Position numbers and translations under genes: made by a program. A stretch of DNA of 64,000 nt from the NCBI GenBank assembly GCA_947631415.1, contig CANRLG010000003.1, positions 8,265 to 72,264 of the forward strand, given 5' to 3'. The notes under the pieces were generated by a model. That model ran no database searches. It was not told where the DNA came from and saw only the letters and a program-made list of their open reading frames with translations. The stretch comes from an uncultured Clostridia bacterium. Its GTDB lineage: Bacteria; Bacillota; Clostridia; TANB77; CAG-465. The first letter of the stretch is position 1. Each line of letters opens with the position of its first letter. Shown here piece after piece: positions 34,753 through 44,601 of the stretch.

Positions 34753-37700
34753 ATGTTAATAAATGCAGAAGAAATAAATGATATCTTATTTGAAGCTGGA
34801 ACCGAAGTAACAAATAGAGGTAAAAAGTATTTTGAGCAGGACAGAGTTAAAGTAGCAGATTTTAACTTTGTGTCAGAAAATAACTATGTTGCAAGAGCGT
34901 ATGTAGAAGGAACATATATATATGAAGTTGAAATACGAAAAACTAATGGAGTATTGTCGTATAAATGCGAATGCCCTTCATCTCGAAAAAAACAGTCACC
35001 ATGTAAACACGTGGTTGCAATGGTATTTGATATGTACATAAATGAAGCATCATATTTGAATTACGTTAAAAAAAGTGAGTCTCAAGATATTGATGATGAT
35101 TTTGTACAAAATAAATCATATAAAGATAAGATTAACGAACAAAGAGAAAACAATGGACTTATGGCATATTATGAAAATTTAGAATTAAATAGAAACTTAG
35201 ATAAAGAGTCTGTTAAGATTGAAGCTATTTTTTATTTAGTAAATGATATGCAAAAAGAACTTGAAATATCTTTCAAGATAGGTAAAGATAGAATGTATAT
35301 TCTAAGAGATTTGTATAAATTTAGTGAAGATATGCATTCACAAGTAATTGGTAAGTATGGAAAAGAGCTTGAATTTAAACATTCAATAGAGTCTTTTGAA
35401 AAAGAGTCTCAACCACTTGCAAAGCTAATAGTGGCAAAAGCCTGTGAGTATAATGAATTTTCAAAACTTGGTACTTATCATTTTACACTAAATAAAAGAT
35501 ATAAAACAAATTTTAAATTGAAATATGCTTTATTAGATGAATTATTTGATATACTAAAAGGAAAAGAATTATTAATTGACGGATATGATTATGAAAAAGC
35601 ACATGGAATGATAGCACTTGAAGAAAGTGACCCTCAGTTTAATATAGATATTTTTGATGCTGAGGATAAAGGATTATTTGTTTCATGTTTAGAAGATAAA
35701 TATTATGTTTTTGAAGGTCAAGATTATTCATACATATTATACAAAGATAAATTACATAGATGTAGTGAAGAATTTAGAACAAAAGTATTACCACTTCTTG
35801 AAAAGTTAACTAATGATCCAGAGGGAAGAATTATAATATCACCATCTAGTGCTACAAGTTTTTGTGAATATGTAATACCTGCATTAAAAGATAGTGCAAA
35901 ACTTAATATTGAAAACAAGGTATTAGAAAAATATAAGGCACAAAGACTAGGAACAAAAATCTTTTTAGATATAGACAATAAAGGAAATATCATAGCTGAG
36001 GTAAAATTCTGCTATGGTGATACAGAATTTAATCCTTTCGATAAAGATTTAGAAGTGTCATGTAATAGAAACATAATTGAAGAAGCACGTGCAAAAGAAT
36101 TATTTAAAATGTATAACTTTGTAATAAACTTCAAAAGACATATAATATATATTTCTAATGAAGATGATATCTATACTTTTCTAACAGAAGGTGTAGATAA
36201 GTTCATGGAAAAATTTGAAGTGCTTGTTACAGATAAACTAAAAAATAAACAAATTATATCTCAAAAGAATGTTAATATGGGAGTTAGAATAGAAAATAAC
36301 TTCTTAGATATTAATTTTGAAGATTTAGGACTAGATGAAAATGAATTAAAAGATATATTTAAGAGATATAAATTAAGAAAAAAATATTATAGATTAAAAG
36401 ATGGAAGTTTTATCAATATAGATTCAGATGGAATAGGAGCATTAATAAATATTGCTAAAACTCTTAATATATCAGAAAAAGATATAGCTAAAGGTAATAT
36501 TGAAATACCTACATATAGAGCTTTATATATAGATAATATTGCTAAAACAAATTCTTTAGGTTTAAATTTAAAATTAGATAACGGCTTTAAACAAATAGTA
36601 AAAAATATTAAAGAGATAGAAGATGTAAATTATGAAGAACCTAAGGAATTGCAAGGAGTGCTTAGAGCATATCAAAAAACAGGTTTTAATTGGCTAAAGA
36701 CATTACAAAAGTATGGCTTTGGTGGAATTTTAGCAGATGATATGGGACTTGGAAAAACAATACAAGTTATAGCTATATTACTAGATGAGAAAAATAATAA
36801 CGGTGGAACATCCATTGTTGTGTGTCCAAGTTCGCTATACATAAACTGGGAAAAAGAAATAAAGAGATTTTCAAGTAATATTAAAACCTTAATTGTATCA
36901 GGAAATGCAGACCAAAGAGAAGAATTAATCAAAAAAATTAATGATTATGATGTAGTTATTACTTCTTATGATTTGTTAAAAAGAGATATTGAGCATTATA
37001 AAAATTATAAATTTAAGTTTGTAATAGCAGATGAAGCTCAATATATAAAGAATAATAATACTAAAAATGCAAAAGCATTAAAAGAAATAAATAGTGAAAC
37101 TAGATTTGCTTTAACTGGTACACCTATAGAAAATTCACTTGCTGAACTATGGTCTATTTTTGATTTCATTATGCCAGGTTACTTATATTCGTATAAGAAA
37201 TTTAAAGATGAATTTGAAACTTTAATAATAAAAGAAAATGATGTAGAATCAATGCAAAGATTACAAAAATTAGTTGCTCCTTTTGTTTTAAGACGTATTA
37301 AAAAGGATGTTCTTAAAGAATTACCAGATAAAACAGAGCAAGTAATGTATAGTAAAATGGATGAAGAACAACAAAAATTATATAATTCATATATGGCTTT
37401 AGCAAAGGTAAAAATGAAACAAGAGATAGAAGCTAATGGTTTTGAAAAGAGTAAATTTAAAATTTTATCTCTTATTACAAGACTTAGACAAATATGTTGT
37501 CATCCAAAACTATTTATAGAAAATTATGAGGGAGAGAGTTCTAAATTAAATCAATGTATGGATATAATAGAAGGAGCAATAGCAGCAAAACATAAGATAC
37601 TATTATTTTCAGGATTTACCTCTATGTTTGATATCTTAATACCAGAGCTTGAAAAACGTGGTATAGAATATTCTATGCTTACAGGTCAAACTAAAGTAGA

Positions 37701-38049
37701 CACAAGAATAGAAATGGTAGATGAATTTAATAAAGATGAAAATATTAAAGTATTTCTAATATCATTAAAAGCAGGAGGTACAGGACTTAATCTTACAGGT
37801 GCAGATGTAGTAATTCATTTTGACCCTTGGTGGAATTTATCTGCACAAAATCAAGCAACAGACAGAGCTTATAGAATTGGACAAAGAAATAATGTTCAAG
37901 TATTTAAGTTAATAACAGAAAATAGTATTGAAGAAAAAATTCAAAAACTTCAAGAAAAGAAACAAGACTTAACAAATTCAGTAATTAAATCTGAAGAAAC
38001 ATTTATATCTAAAATGTCTCAAGAAGAATTACTAAAATTATTTGAATAA
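34753..38049 (+). CDS. SWIM zinc-finger / SNF2-family helicase (YwqA/RapA-like)
   Basis: 1098 aa. N-terminal SWIM motif CECPSSRKKQSPCKH, SNF2_N motifs LADDMGLGKT and DEAQYIKN, and helicase-C motifs (SLKAGGTGLNLTGA, QATDRAYRIGQ). Confidence 0.9.
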   Translation: MLINAEEINDILFEAGTEVTNRGKKYFEQDRVKVADFNFVSENNYVARAYVEGTYIYEVEIRKTNGVLSYKCECPSSRKKQSPCKHVVAMVFDMYINEASYLNYVKKSESQDIDDDFVQNKSYKDKINEQRENNGLMAYYENLELNRNLDKESVKIEAIFYLVNDMQKELEISFKIGKDRMYILRDLYKFSEDMHSQVIGKYGKELEFKHSIESFEKESQPLAKLIVAKACEYNEFSKLGTYHFTLNKRYKTNFKLKYALLDELFDILKGKELLIDGYDYEKAHGMIALEESDPQFNIDIFDAEDKGLFVSCLEDKYYVFEGQDYSYILYKDKLHRCSEEFRTKVLPLLEKLTNDPEGRIIISPSSATSFCEYVIPALKDSAKLNIENKVLEKYKAQRLGTKIFLDIDNKGNIIAEVKFCYGDTEFNPFDKDLEVSCNRNIIEEARAKELFKMYNFVINFKRHIIYISNEDDIYTFLTEGVDKFMEKFEVLVTDKLKNKQIISQKNVNMGVRIENNFLDINFEDLGLDENELKDIFKRYKLRKKYYRLKDGSFINIDSDGIGALINIAKTLNISEKDIAKGNIEIPTYRALYIDNIAKTNSLGLNLKLDNGFKQIVKNIKEIEDVNYEEPKELQGVLRAYQKTGFNWLKTLQKYGFGGILADDMGLGKTIQVIAILLDEKNNNGGTSIVVCPSSLYINWEKEIKRFSSNIKTLIVSGNADQREELIKKINDYDVVITSYDLLKRDIEHYKNYKFKFVIADEAQYIKNNNTKNAKALKEINSETRFALTGTPIENSLAELWSIFDFIMPGYLYSYKKFKDEFETLIIKENDVESMQRLQKLVAPFVLRRIKKDVLKELPDKTEQVMYSKMDEEQQKLYNSYMALAKVKMKQEIEANGFEKSKFKILSLITRLRQICCHPKLFIENYEGESSKLNQCMDIIEGAIAAKHKILLFSGFTSMFDILIPELEKRGIEYSMLTGQTKVDTRIEMVDEFNKDENIKVFLISLKAGGTGLNLTGADVVIHFDPWWNLSAQNQATDRAYRIGQRNNVQVFKLITENSIEEKIQKLQEKKQDLTNSVIKSEETFISKMSQEELLKLFE

Positions 38050-38058
38050 AAAAATTTA

Positions 38059-38098
38059 TCCTTGAATAGAAGAAAAAAACTATTCAAGGACTTTTTTT
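38059..38098 (+). terminator. Rho-independent terminator
   Basis: 11-bp stem TCCTTGAATAG / CTATTCAAGGA followed by a T7 run. Confidence 0.85.
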
Positions 38099-38192
38099 GC
38101 CAAAATTAGAACTTAATATAATAGGTCATACCTCTTTTTTCTACAATTATTTTTATACTTTTAGAGTATAAAATATAGCAAGAGGTGAGTAT

Positions 38193-39095
38193 ATGATAGA
38201 TGAAATATTAAGAGTTTTACCAAGTTATATCTCTCTTGAAATTCAAAGAATTAATAATACACAAAATCTAAATGAAATAAGACTAAGAGCTAGACAAAAA
38301 GTTATATTAAAATGTGTTAATCAAGAGATTGTACTTGAAAATATAGTTACTACTAAAACGATACTAGATATACTTTTAAATGTTTCGAAAAATTCTATAT
38401 ATGCTATACAGTCAGATATAAATAATGGATTTGTAATAATTAGAGGAGGTCATAGAGTTGGTATTTGTGGAGAGGTTGTATATGTAGATGGAAAAATCAA
38501 AAATGTAAAAAATATAAGTAGCTTAAATATTAGAGTAGCAAGACAAGTATATGGGTGTGCAGATGTAGTTCTATCAGAAATAGTAAAGAGAGGAAAAGTT
38601 CTAAATACTTTGATTGTTTCACCTCCAGGTTGTGGAAAAACAACATTAATACGAGATATTATAAGACAAATTAGCAATGGAGTGGATGTGTTAAATCTTA
38701 AAGGAAAAAATGTTTCATTAATAGATGAAAGAGGAGAAATTGCATCTGTATATAATGGTGTTCCATGTTTGGATGTTGGAATTAGAACAGACGTTATGAG
38801 CAATGTAAATAAATCTGAGGGAATGAAAATGATGATTCGTTCAATGGCTCCAGATGTTATAGCAACGGATGAAATAGGGAAAAAAGAAGATATAGTAGCT
38901 ATTAAAGAGGCAGTATTAAGTGGTGTTAATGTGCTATTTACTATGCATGGAGATAGTATAAAGAGCATATTAAAAAATCCAAACGTTAAAGAATTACTAG
39001 ACTTAGATATATTTTCTAAAATTATAATTTTATCTTCGGGAAAAGTACCAGGAATAGTTGAAAAAATTTACGATACTAAAGATTTGGGAGGATAA
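38193..39095 (+). CDS. spoIIIAA: Stage III sporulation protein AA (secretion-ATPase-like)
   Basis: Walker A SPPGCGKTT and Walker B-like VIATDEIG. It is the first gene of an eight-gene operon in the canonical spoIIIA order. Confidence 0.9.
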   Translation: MIDEILRVLPSYISLEIQRINNTQNLNEIRLRARQKVILKCVNQEIVLENIVTTKTILDILLNVSKNSIYAIQSDINNGFVIIRGGHRVGICGEVVYVDGKIKNVKNISSLNIRVARQVYGCADVVLSEIVKRGKVLNTLIVSPPGCGKTTLIRDIIRQISNGVDVLNLKGKNVSLIDERGEIASVYNGVPCLDVGIRTDVMSNVNKSEGMKMMIRSMAPDVIATDEIGKKEDIVAIKEAVLSGVNVLFTMHGDSIKSILKNPNVKELLDLDIFSKIIILSSGKVPGIVEKIYDTKDLGG

Positions 39096-39103
39096 ATAAA
39101 AAA

Positions 39104-39619
39104 ATGATTGGTATAAAGATAGTAATTAGTATAGCTATTTTATGTATTACTTCATATATTGGAATAGAACTTTCTTCTTCATTAAATAGGCGAGAAAAAA
39201 TATTAGTAGATATGGTAACGTTTTTAAGATTAGTAAAAAATGAAATGAAATATATGCTTAATAGTTTACCTGAGGTTTTTGAAAAATCTAGGCAAGGTCT
39301 TAACTCTATTATTAAATATTCTATTGGATCAATAGTTGTAGATATGGAAAAATATGGAGTTGAAAGTGTGGATAAAAGTATACAAACAAATATAGATAGT
39401 ATAGAAGAACTAAGTGTGTATGATAAACAAGTTATAATATCTACATTGAAAAACTTAGGAAAAGGAGATATTGACACACAAAGCAATATAATTTCTAATT
39501 CCATTGAGATACTTGATAGACAAGTTAAAGAGGCAAAAAATAAAAAAGAAAGTAATACTAAAGTATATAGGACAGTAGGTGTAATATCTGGGCTATTAAT
39601 TATAGTTATATTCATATAA
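39104..39619 (+). CDS. spoIIIAB: Stage III sporulation protein AB
   Basis: 171 aa with terminal TM helices. Position and size match spoIIIAB. Confidence 0.75.
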   Translation: MIGIKIVISIAILCITSYIGIELSSSLNRREKILVDMVTFLRLVKNEMKYMLNSLPEVFEKSRQGLNSIIKYSIGSIVVDMEKYGVESVDKSIQTNIDSIEELSVYDKQVIISTLKNLGKGDIDTQSNIISNSIEILDRQVKEAKNKKESNTKVYRTVGVISGLLIIVIFI

Positions 39620-39629
39620 GGAGGTCAGT

Positions 39630-39824
39630 ATGGATATAGATTTACTTTTTAAAATTGCAGGAGTTGGAATTTTAGTTGCAGTATTAAATTTGGTATTATC
39701 TAAAGCAGGTAGAGAGGATCAAGCAATGATGACAACTCTTACTGGTGTAATAATAGTGTTGATGATGATAATTAGTAAGATTAGTGAATTATTTAATGCA
39801 GTAAGGGATACATTTAATTTATGA
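39630..39824 (+). CDS. spoIIIAC: Stage III sporulation protein AC
   Basis: 64 aa with two TM helices and the conserved FKIAGVGILVA motif. Confidence 0.85.
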   Translation: MDIDLLFKIAGVGILVAVLNLVLSKAGREDQAMMTTLTGVIIVLMMIISKISELFNAVRDTFNL

Positions 39825-40204
39825 TTATATTTAAAGTAATTGGAATAGGGATAATAGCTACAACTTTAATACTAGTTTTGAAAGAAGAAAAATCTGAGAT
39901 GGCTTTAATGTGTTCTATAGTTGCATCCATAATAATACTTTTATACGTTATATCTCAGTTTTCAGGGATTATACAGTTAATAAATAAGCTAATAGAAATG
40001 TCTGGAATAAATAAAGAATACTTGGTAATAATTCTAAAAATAGTTGGAATATCATACATTGTGGAATTTGGAAAGAATGTATGTAAAGATGCTGGAGAAA
40101 GTGCTATATCAAATAAAATTGAAATAGCAGGTAAGGTAATAATTGTATCATTATCAATTCCAATTATCACATCATTAATTGAGGTTGTTTCAGGTATTAT
40201 ATGA
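39821..40204 (+). CDS. spoIIIAD: Stage III sporulation protein AD
   Basis: 127-aa polytopic protein. Its start overlaps the AC stop (ATGA). Confidence 0.85.
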   Translation: MIIFKVIGIGIIATTLILVLKEEKSEMALMCSIVASIIILLYVISQFSGIIQLINKLIEMSGINKEYLVIILKIVGISYIVEFGKNVCKDAGESAISNKIEIAGKVIIVSLSIPIITSLIEVVSGII

Positions 40205-41334
40205 AAAGGTTTTGGTTAGCATTTCTAGTATGTGTATTATCAAGTAGTATAGTTGCTTCTAATATAGATAATGAAAAAATAGCAAAAGAGTATGATATTC
40301 AAAGTGTTATTAATTTGTTCAAAGGTTATATAGAAGAAAGCAATATTGATGAAATTGATGTAAATTCGCTTTTTAATTCATTAATAAATGCAGATGAAAT
40401 AGTTTCAAGTAGTAAAATAAAAACTGGCTTAAATTTGATTTTCACGCAAATTAAAGGTACTTTTAAAGAGATTACCTCAATTTTTATACTAGTATTACTT
40501 TGTGCAATACTTACTAATATTCAATTAAATGAAAATAGTGAAGTAGTAAAAATAACAAAACTAGTAATATACATAGCTATTGCAAGTATTTTAGTAAAAA
40601 ATTATCTAGATATTATCGTGGTATTTAGGCAAGTAATAAATAAGCTAACAGTTATAATGCAAACTGTATCTACTTTCTTAATAGGTGTAGTTGTTGCAAC
40701 TGGAAAAATAACTTCTAGTACAGTTATTAAATCTGTAATACTATGTGTATCTAATGTAATTTATTCCATTATTGAGTATGTAGTAATTCCTTTTTTTAAT
40801 ATATCACTTGTTATTAACATAGTATCTCGAGTATCAGAGAATATAAAATTATCTAAATTATCATCAATTTTTAGAAAGTCTTCATTATACATTTTTATGG
40901 CAATAGTTGGAATATTTTTATCTGTACTAAAGTTAGAGACAACTATAACCTCATCAATGGATGGACTAACATATAAAACTGCACAAGATGTAATATCTAA
41001 TACAGTTCCTGTAGTTGGTGGCTTTTTATCAGATAGTTTAGATACAGTAATATCTAGTACAAAATTTATAGGAAAGGCAGGAGGAGTATTTGCAATTATA
41101 TGTACAGGTATTATTGTATTAAATCCAGTAATAAAAATACTAAGTATTGTTATAATGTACAGTTTACTCGTGGCAATATCAGAACCAATAAATGAAGATA
41201 AAAATATAAAAGAATTTTTAGAAGAATTTACAAAGATATATAAAGATATGTTGGGGATAATAATAGGAGTAATGGCAGTATTTGTAATTTCTACAGCAAT
41301 TATTATGGCAACAATCGGAAGTATTGGAGGATAG
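40201..41334 (+). CDS. spoIIIAE: Stage III sporulation protein AE
   Basis: 377 aa with a signal-like N-terminus and multiple TM helices. Its start overlaps the AD stop. Confidence 0.85.
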   Translation: MKRFWLAFLVCVLSSSIVASNIDNEKIAKEYDIQSVINLFKGYIEESNIDEIDVNSLFNSLINADEIVSSSKIKTGLNLIFTQIKGTFKEITSIFILVLLCAILTNIQLNENSEVVKITKLVIYIAIASILVKNYLDIIVVFRQVINKLTVIMQTVSTFLIGVVVATGKITSSTVIKSVILCVSNVIYSIIEYVVIPFFNISLVINIVSRVSENIKLSKLSSIFRKSSLYIFMAIVGIFLSVLKLETTITSSMDGLTYKTAQDVISNTVPVVGGFLSDSLDTVISSTKFIGKAGGVFAIICTGIIVLNPVIKILSIVIMYSLLVAISEPINEDKNIKEFLEEFTKIYKDMLGIIIGVMAVFVISTAIIMATIGSIGG

Positions 41335-41338
41335 GTAT

Positions 41339-41857
41339 ATGATTGAATTAGTAAAAACGTGGCTGAGTATGATTATTATATTAGGAATTGCATTTACTCT
41401 AATTAGGATGATTACACCTAATACCAGTTTTAAGAAATATGTGTATTCAATGATAGGAGTTGTAACCGTTATAACTATTATAACACCTGTTATATCTAAA
41501 CTGGCAAAGGGAACAATTACAGATGAAATTAGTAAATCTTTAGAAGATATTTTGGCAGTTGAAACAATGTCAAGTAACTATGAAAATTATGCACAAATTA
41601 GTAGTAATAATGTAAGAGAGGAGTTTAAAAGCAGAGTAGAAGAAGATATAATAAATAAATTAAAAAAGAAGATAAATCAAGAAATAGAGGTTAATGTACA
41701 AGTAAGTGATGCATATAATATAGAGAAAATAGAAATAACTTTGAGTAAAGCAACAGATGTAAATGTTAAAAAATATCTATCTAATGAATATGATGTATTA
41801 GAAGAAAATATAATAGTAAGTAATGGAGGCAGTGATGGAATATTTAGAAAAGATTAA
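41339..41857 (+). CDS. spoIIIAF: Stage III sporulation protein AF
   Basis: ATG 41339 follows SD GGAGGA. Two N-terminal TM helices precede a soluble domain. Position fits spoIIIAF. Confidence 0.7.
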   Translation: MIELVKTWLSMIIILGIAFTLIRMITPNTSFKKYVYSMIGVVTVITIITPVISKLAKGTITDEISKSLEDILAVETMSSNYENYAQISSNNVREEFKSRVEEDIINKLKKKINQEIEVNVQVSDAYNIEKIEITLSKATDVNVKKYLSNEYDVLEENIIVSNGGSDGIFRKD

Positions 41858-42359
41858 AGCGTTGTCTCCAAAAAGAAAAAAGGAAAATCTAATATTACTA
41901 TTAGTTCTTTTAGTCGTATTATTAATAAGTATTAATTATATTTTTGGAGATAGCAAACAAGAGAATGATGAAGTAGTAAAAGAAGAAATAAGTAGCGAAA
42001 AAGTAAAAGATAATAACATAGAAAATAGGATTTGTGAGGTGTTATCTAATATAAGTGGAGTTAGCGAAGTATCCTTAGTTATTAATTATTCAGATAGTGG
42101 CGAAGATGAAGTTGTATATGAAACAAAAGAAGAATATTTAGAAAATGGCAATGTTTCAAGTGTAGAAAGAAATGTTGCGTATAATGAAGAAAATGGAGAT
42201 AAGACAGCTATAGTTAGTATTAAGAATACTCCTAAAGTTGAAGGAGTAATTATGGTAGCAAGAGGTGTAGAAAGTGCAGAATTAAAACAAAAAATAGCTA
42301 ATTCATTAGCTAATTTACTAGGAATCGCATCATATAAAGTGCAAGTTTTTGAAAAATAG
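41835..42359 (+). CDS. spoIIIAG: Stage III sporulation protein AG
   Basis: ATG 41835 follows SD GGAGG. N-terminal TM helix and a conserved C-terminal ring-building region (VEGVIMVARGVES...YKVQVFEK). Confidence 0.75.
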   Translation: MEYLEKIKALSPKRKKENLILLLVLLVVLLISINYIFGDSKQENDEVVKEEISSEKVKDNNIENRICEVLSNISGVSEVSLVINYSDSGEDEVVYETKEEYLENGNVSSVERNVAYNEENGDKTAIVSIKNTPKVEGVIMVARGVESAELKQKIANSLANLLGIASYKVQVFEK

Positions 42360-42368
42360 GAGGTTTGT

Positions 42369-42908
42369 ATGAAAGATAAAGAAAAATATAGAAAAGTTTT
42401 GATAGCATGTGTTTCAATTATATTTATGATATCAATAGCGGGATATATAAATTATAAATATAATCCAGAAAGGGAAAAAGACTTAGGGCAAACAGTATAT
42501 GTTAGCACTAATAATGATGAGGTAGATATATATAAAGATAAACAAATTGAAAAAGATGAAAGTTTAGCTTCATTTAGATATGATAGAGATAATATGTTTT
42601 CTGAACTATCTAGTAATTATTCAAGTATAATTAATAATAGTAATTCAAATGAGGAACAGATTATTGAATATCAAAAAAAATTAAGTAGTCTTGTGGAAGA
42701 AAAAAATCAGATACAGATGATAGAAAATTTAATAAAGAACAAAGGAATTGAAGATGTGGTCATAATCCCCAATACTAGTGGAAAGTACAGTGTAATACTT
42801 AAAAGTGAAAATGTAAGTGATGAAATAGCAATTCAAATTATGCAAATAATGATTGACCAACTAGGTATTGAGGCCTCTGACATCTCTATTGAAAATGTGA
42901 GTAAATAA
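42369..42908 (+). CDS. spoIIIAH: Stage III sporulation protein AH
   Basis: 179 aa with an N-terminal TM helix and a C-terminal YscJ/FliF-like region. It is the last gene of the operon. Confidence 0.7.
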   Translation: MKDKEKYRKVLIACVSIIFMISIAGYINYKYNPEREKDLGQTVYVSTNNDEVDIYKDKQIEKDESLASFRYDRDNMFSELSSNYSSIINNSNSNEEQIIEYQKKLSSLVEEKNQIQMIENLIKNKGIEDVVIIPNTSGKYSVILKSENVSDEIAIQIMQIMIDQLGIEASDISIENVSK

Positions 42909-42909
42909 A

Positions 42910-42937
42910 AAGATATCTTATATAAGGTATCTTTTTT
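42910..42937 (+). terminator. Rho-independent terminator after spoIIIAH
   Basis: AAGATATCTTA / TAAGGTATCTT inverted repeat followed by a T6 run. Confidence 0.7.
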
Positions 42938-43029
42938 CGTTTAAATATGAATTAGATTATTGAAAAAGTTATTAGTTTATGATAACATAACGGTGATATA
43001 TTAGACATATAGGAGAGGAAAAAAGAAAC

Positions 43030-43512
43030 ATGAGTAAAAAGGGAATAGTAATAGTTATTTTGATTTTAATTGGTTGGGCACTAACAGGTGCTTATGCTAT
43101 ATTTGGACCAAATGGATATAAAGCCGTACAAGATTCAAAAGATTTTTTAGAGGATGTTGTAGAACTACAATCTAATTTATCATATTATGTAGGTAGTTCA
43201 TATTCAGATGCTTTTGGTGTATATTCAAAAGTGGAAATATTATCTGGAGTAACAGAAGATGGGGAAAAAATAAAGGATAATGAAGATAACCTTTTACCAG
43301 AATTTATAAGTTTAGAAAATGCAGTAGATTACAAAGGTGATGAAAAAGCGTATGAGCTTATAATGGATAATGTAAATACAACATTAGGTACATCAATCAA
43401 AAAATATGATGGAATATCATTCTACGTAGTAGATGGTGATTTATTGAAATTAAAAGTAGACTCTACTCCTGATTGGTGGAATGATAATTTTGATATATTT
43501 CGTTTAGATTAA
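43030..43512 (+). CDS. Bitopic hypothetical protein (N-terminal TM anchor plus a domain of about 130 aa)
   Basis: 160 aa with SD GGAGAGG. The MSKKG motif is followed by a 20-aa hydrophobic helix. No motif recognised. Confidence 0.5.
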   Translation: MSKKGIVIVILILIGWALTGAYAIFGPNGYKAVQDSKDFLEDVVELQSNLSYYVGSSYSDAFGVYSKVEILSGVTEDGEKIKDNEDNLLPEFISLENAVDYKGDEKAYELIMDNVNTTLGTSIKKYDGISFYVVDGDLLKLKVDSTPDWWNDNFDIFRLD

Positions 43513-43521
43513 GGTGAAAGT

Positions 43522-43992
43522 ATGAAAAAAGTATTTGGGTACTTATTTAAGATTATTATAGTACTTGGAATTATTGCAGTAACAGTTTTACTTGGAATTA
43601 AGATAGTTAAAGATACTAAAGAAATTAAGGTATATAATGAAGAAAGTGAAATTGTTAATGCAGAAGTAAATTATTTTACAGATAAGATATCTAGTAGTTT
43701 AAGAAAAATAGAAGATGTAATTGAAAAAGATATTGGACAAGATGTTGAACTTGCAGATTCTGGTACTATTACAAAAATTGAATTATACTTTGTAACAAAA
43801 GTAGATGGAAAATATAAATTCATAGTAGATAAAAATGTAGATGGTGTTCAAAAATTTGAAATTGCAGAAAATGAACTTTCTGATGGAAAATTTTATATAA
43901 CACCGCAAGATTTAGGTCTTGAAAATTGTATTTATTCAGATATAGATAAGTATTCAATATCTAAAGATGGATTAGTTGAATACGGAAAATAG
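43522..43992 (+). CDS. Bitopic hypothetical protein (N-terminal TM anchor plus a domain of about 125 aa)
   Basis: 156 aa with SD AAGGTGA. It starts 9 nt after the upstream stop. No motif recognised. Confidence 0.5.
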   Translation: MKKVFGYLFKIIIVLGIIAVTVLLGIKIVKDTKEIKVYNEESEIVNAEVNYFTDKISSSLRKIEDVIEKDIGQDVELADSGTITKIELYFVTKVDGKYKFIVDKNVDGVQKFEIAENELSDGKFYITPQDLGLENCIYSDIDKYSISKDGLVEYGK

Positions 43993-44013
43993 AAAGATTT
44001 GAGGTAAATGATT

Positions 44014-44577
44014 ATGAATAATGAGGAAAAATTACCTATAGGTGAGGAATTTATTAAAAGAGGTATTCTAACAGAAAAAGATGTAAGAATAGTTTTAAAC
44101 TATCAAGAAGAACATTCTGAACTAAAATTTGGTGAAATTGTAGATATTCTTGATATGTGCGATAAAGAAGATTTACTTGATGTATTATCTTCAAATTTGG
44201 GAGTAAAATCTGCAATAATAGATAGAAAATTGTCTGTTAATCCTTTAAATTATCTAACATCAGATATTATTGTTACAAATAGAGCTTTGCCTTTTGATAA
44301 AAAAGAAAATGTAGTGTTTGTAGCATTTACAAATCCACAGGATACTGATACTGTTGAATATGTTAGAAAGTTAATTGAGTCAGAAGGATATAGTATGGAA
44401 GTATATATATCACTTTATACTACTATAATGGCTCATATTGAAAAAATAAAAAATTCAAAGACTATAAGAATGGTATTTAGTGATACAGACTCAGAGCCTG
44501 AGATAAAAGAGGAGAATATTAGTAAGAATATATTACAAGATATAAAACGTAAATTTGGCAGAAATAAAGAGCAATGA
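44014..44577 (+). CDS. Stand-alone T2SSE_N / MshEN-like domain protein
   Basis: ATG 44014 is 8 nt after SD GAGGT. PIGEEFIKRGILTEKDVRIVLNYQ followed by KFGEIVDILDMCDKEDLLDVL matches the tandem helical motif of GspE/PilB/MshE N-terminal domains, and ALPFDKKENVVFVAFTNP matches the following beta region. There is no ATPase domain. Confidence 0.6.
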   Translation: MNNEEKLPIGEEFIKRGILTEKDVRIVLNYQEEHSELKFGEIVDILDMCDKEDLLDVLSSNLGVKSAIIDRKLSVNPLNYLTSDIIVTNRALPFDKKENVVFVAFTNPQDTDTVEYVRKLIESEGYSMEVYISLYTTIMAHIEKIKNSKTIRMVFSDTDSEPEIKEENISKNILQDIKRKFGRNKEQ

Positions 44578-44591
44578 GCTCTTTATTTTTT
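44566..44591 (+). terminator. Rho-independent terminator overlapping the stop codon
   Basis: AAAGAGC / GCTCTTT stem followed by a T-run. Confidence 0.65.
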
Positions 44592-44601
44592 ACCCAAAAT
44601 A

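Noticed and set aside
38450-39615. Two long antisense ORFs (172 and 179 aa) opposite spoIIIAA and spoIIIAB.
   Set aside because: The + strand encodes motif-bearing spoIIIA genes in canonical order. The antisense frames are stop-poor by composition and lack SD/start context.
43030-43992. Reading the two bitopic proteins as type IV (pseudo)pilins, because they start with MSKKG-hydrophobic and MKKVFG-hydrophobic.
   Set aside because: The class III signal hallmark (G followed by F/M-T-L-x-E, with Glu at +5) is absent in both. The resemblance is limited to a basic tip plus one TM helix.
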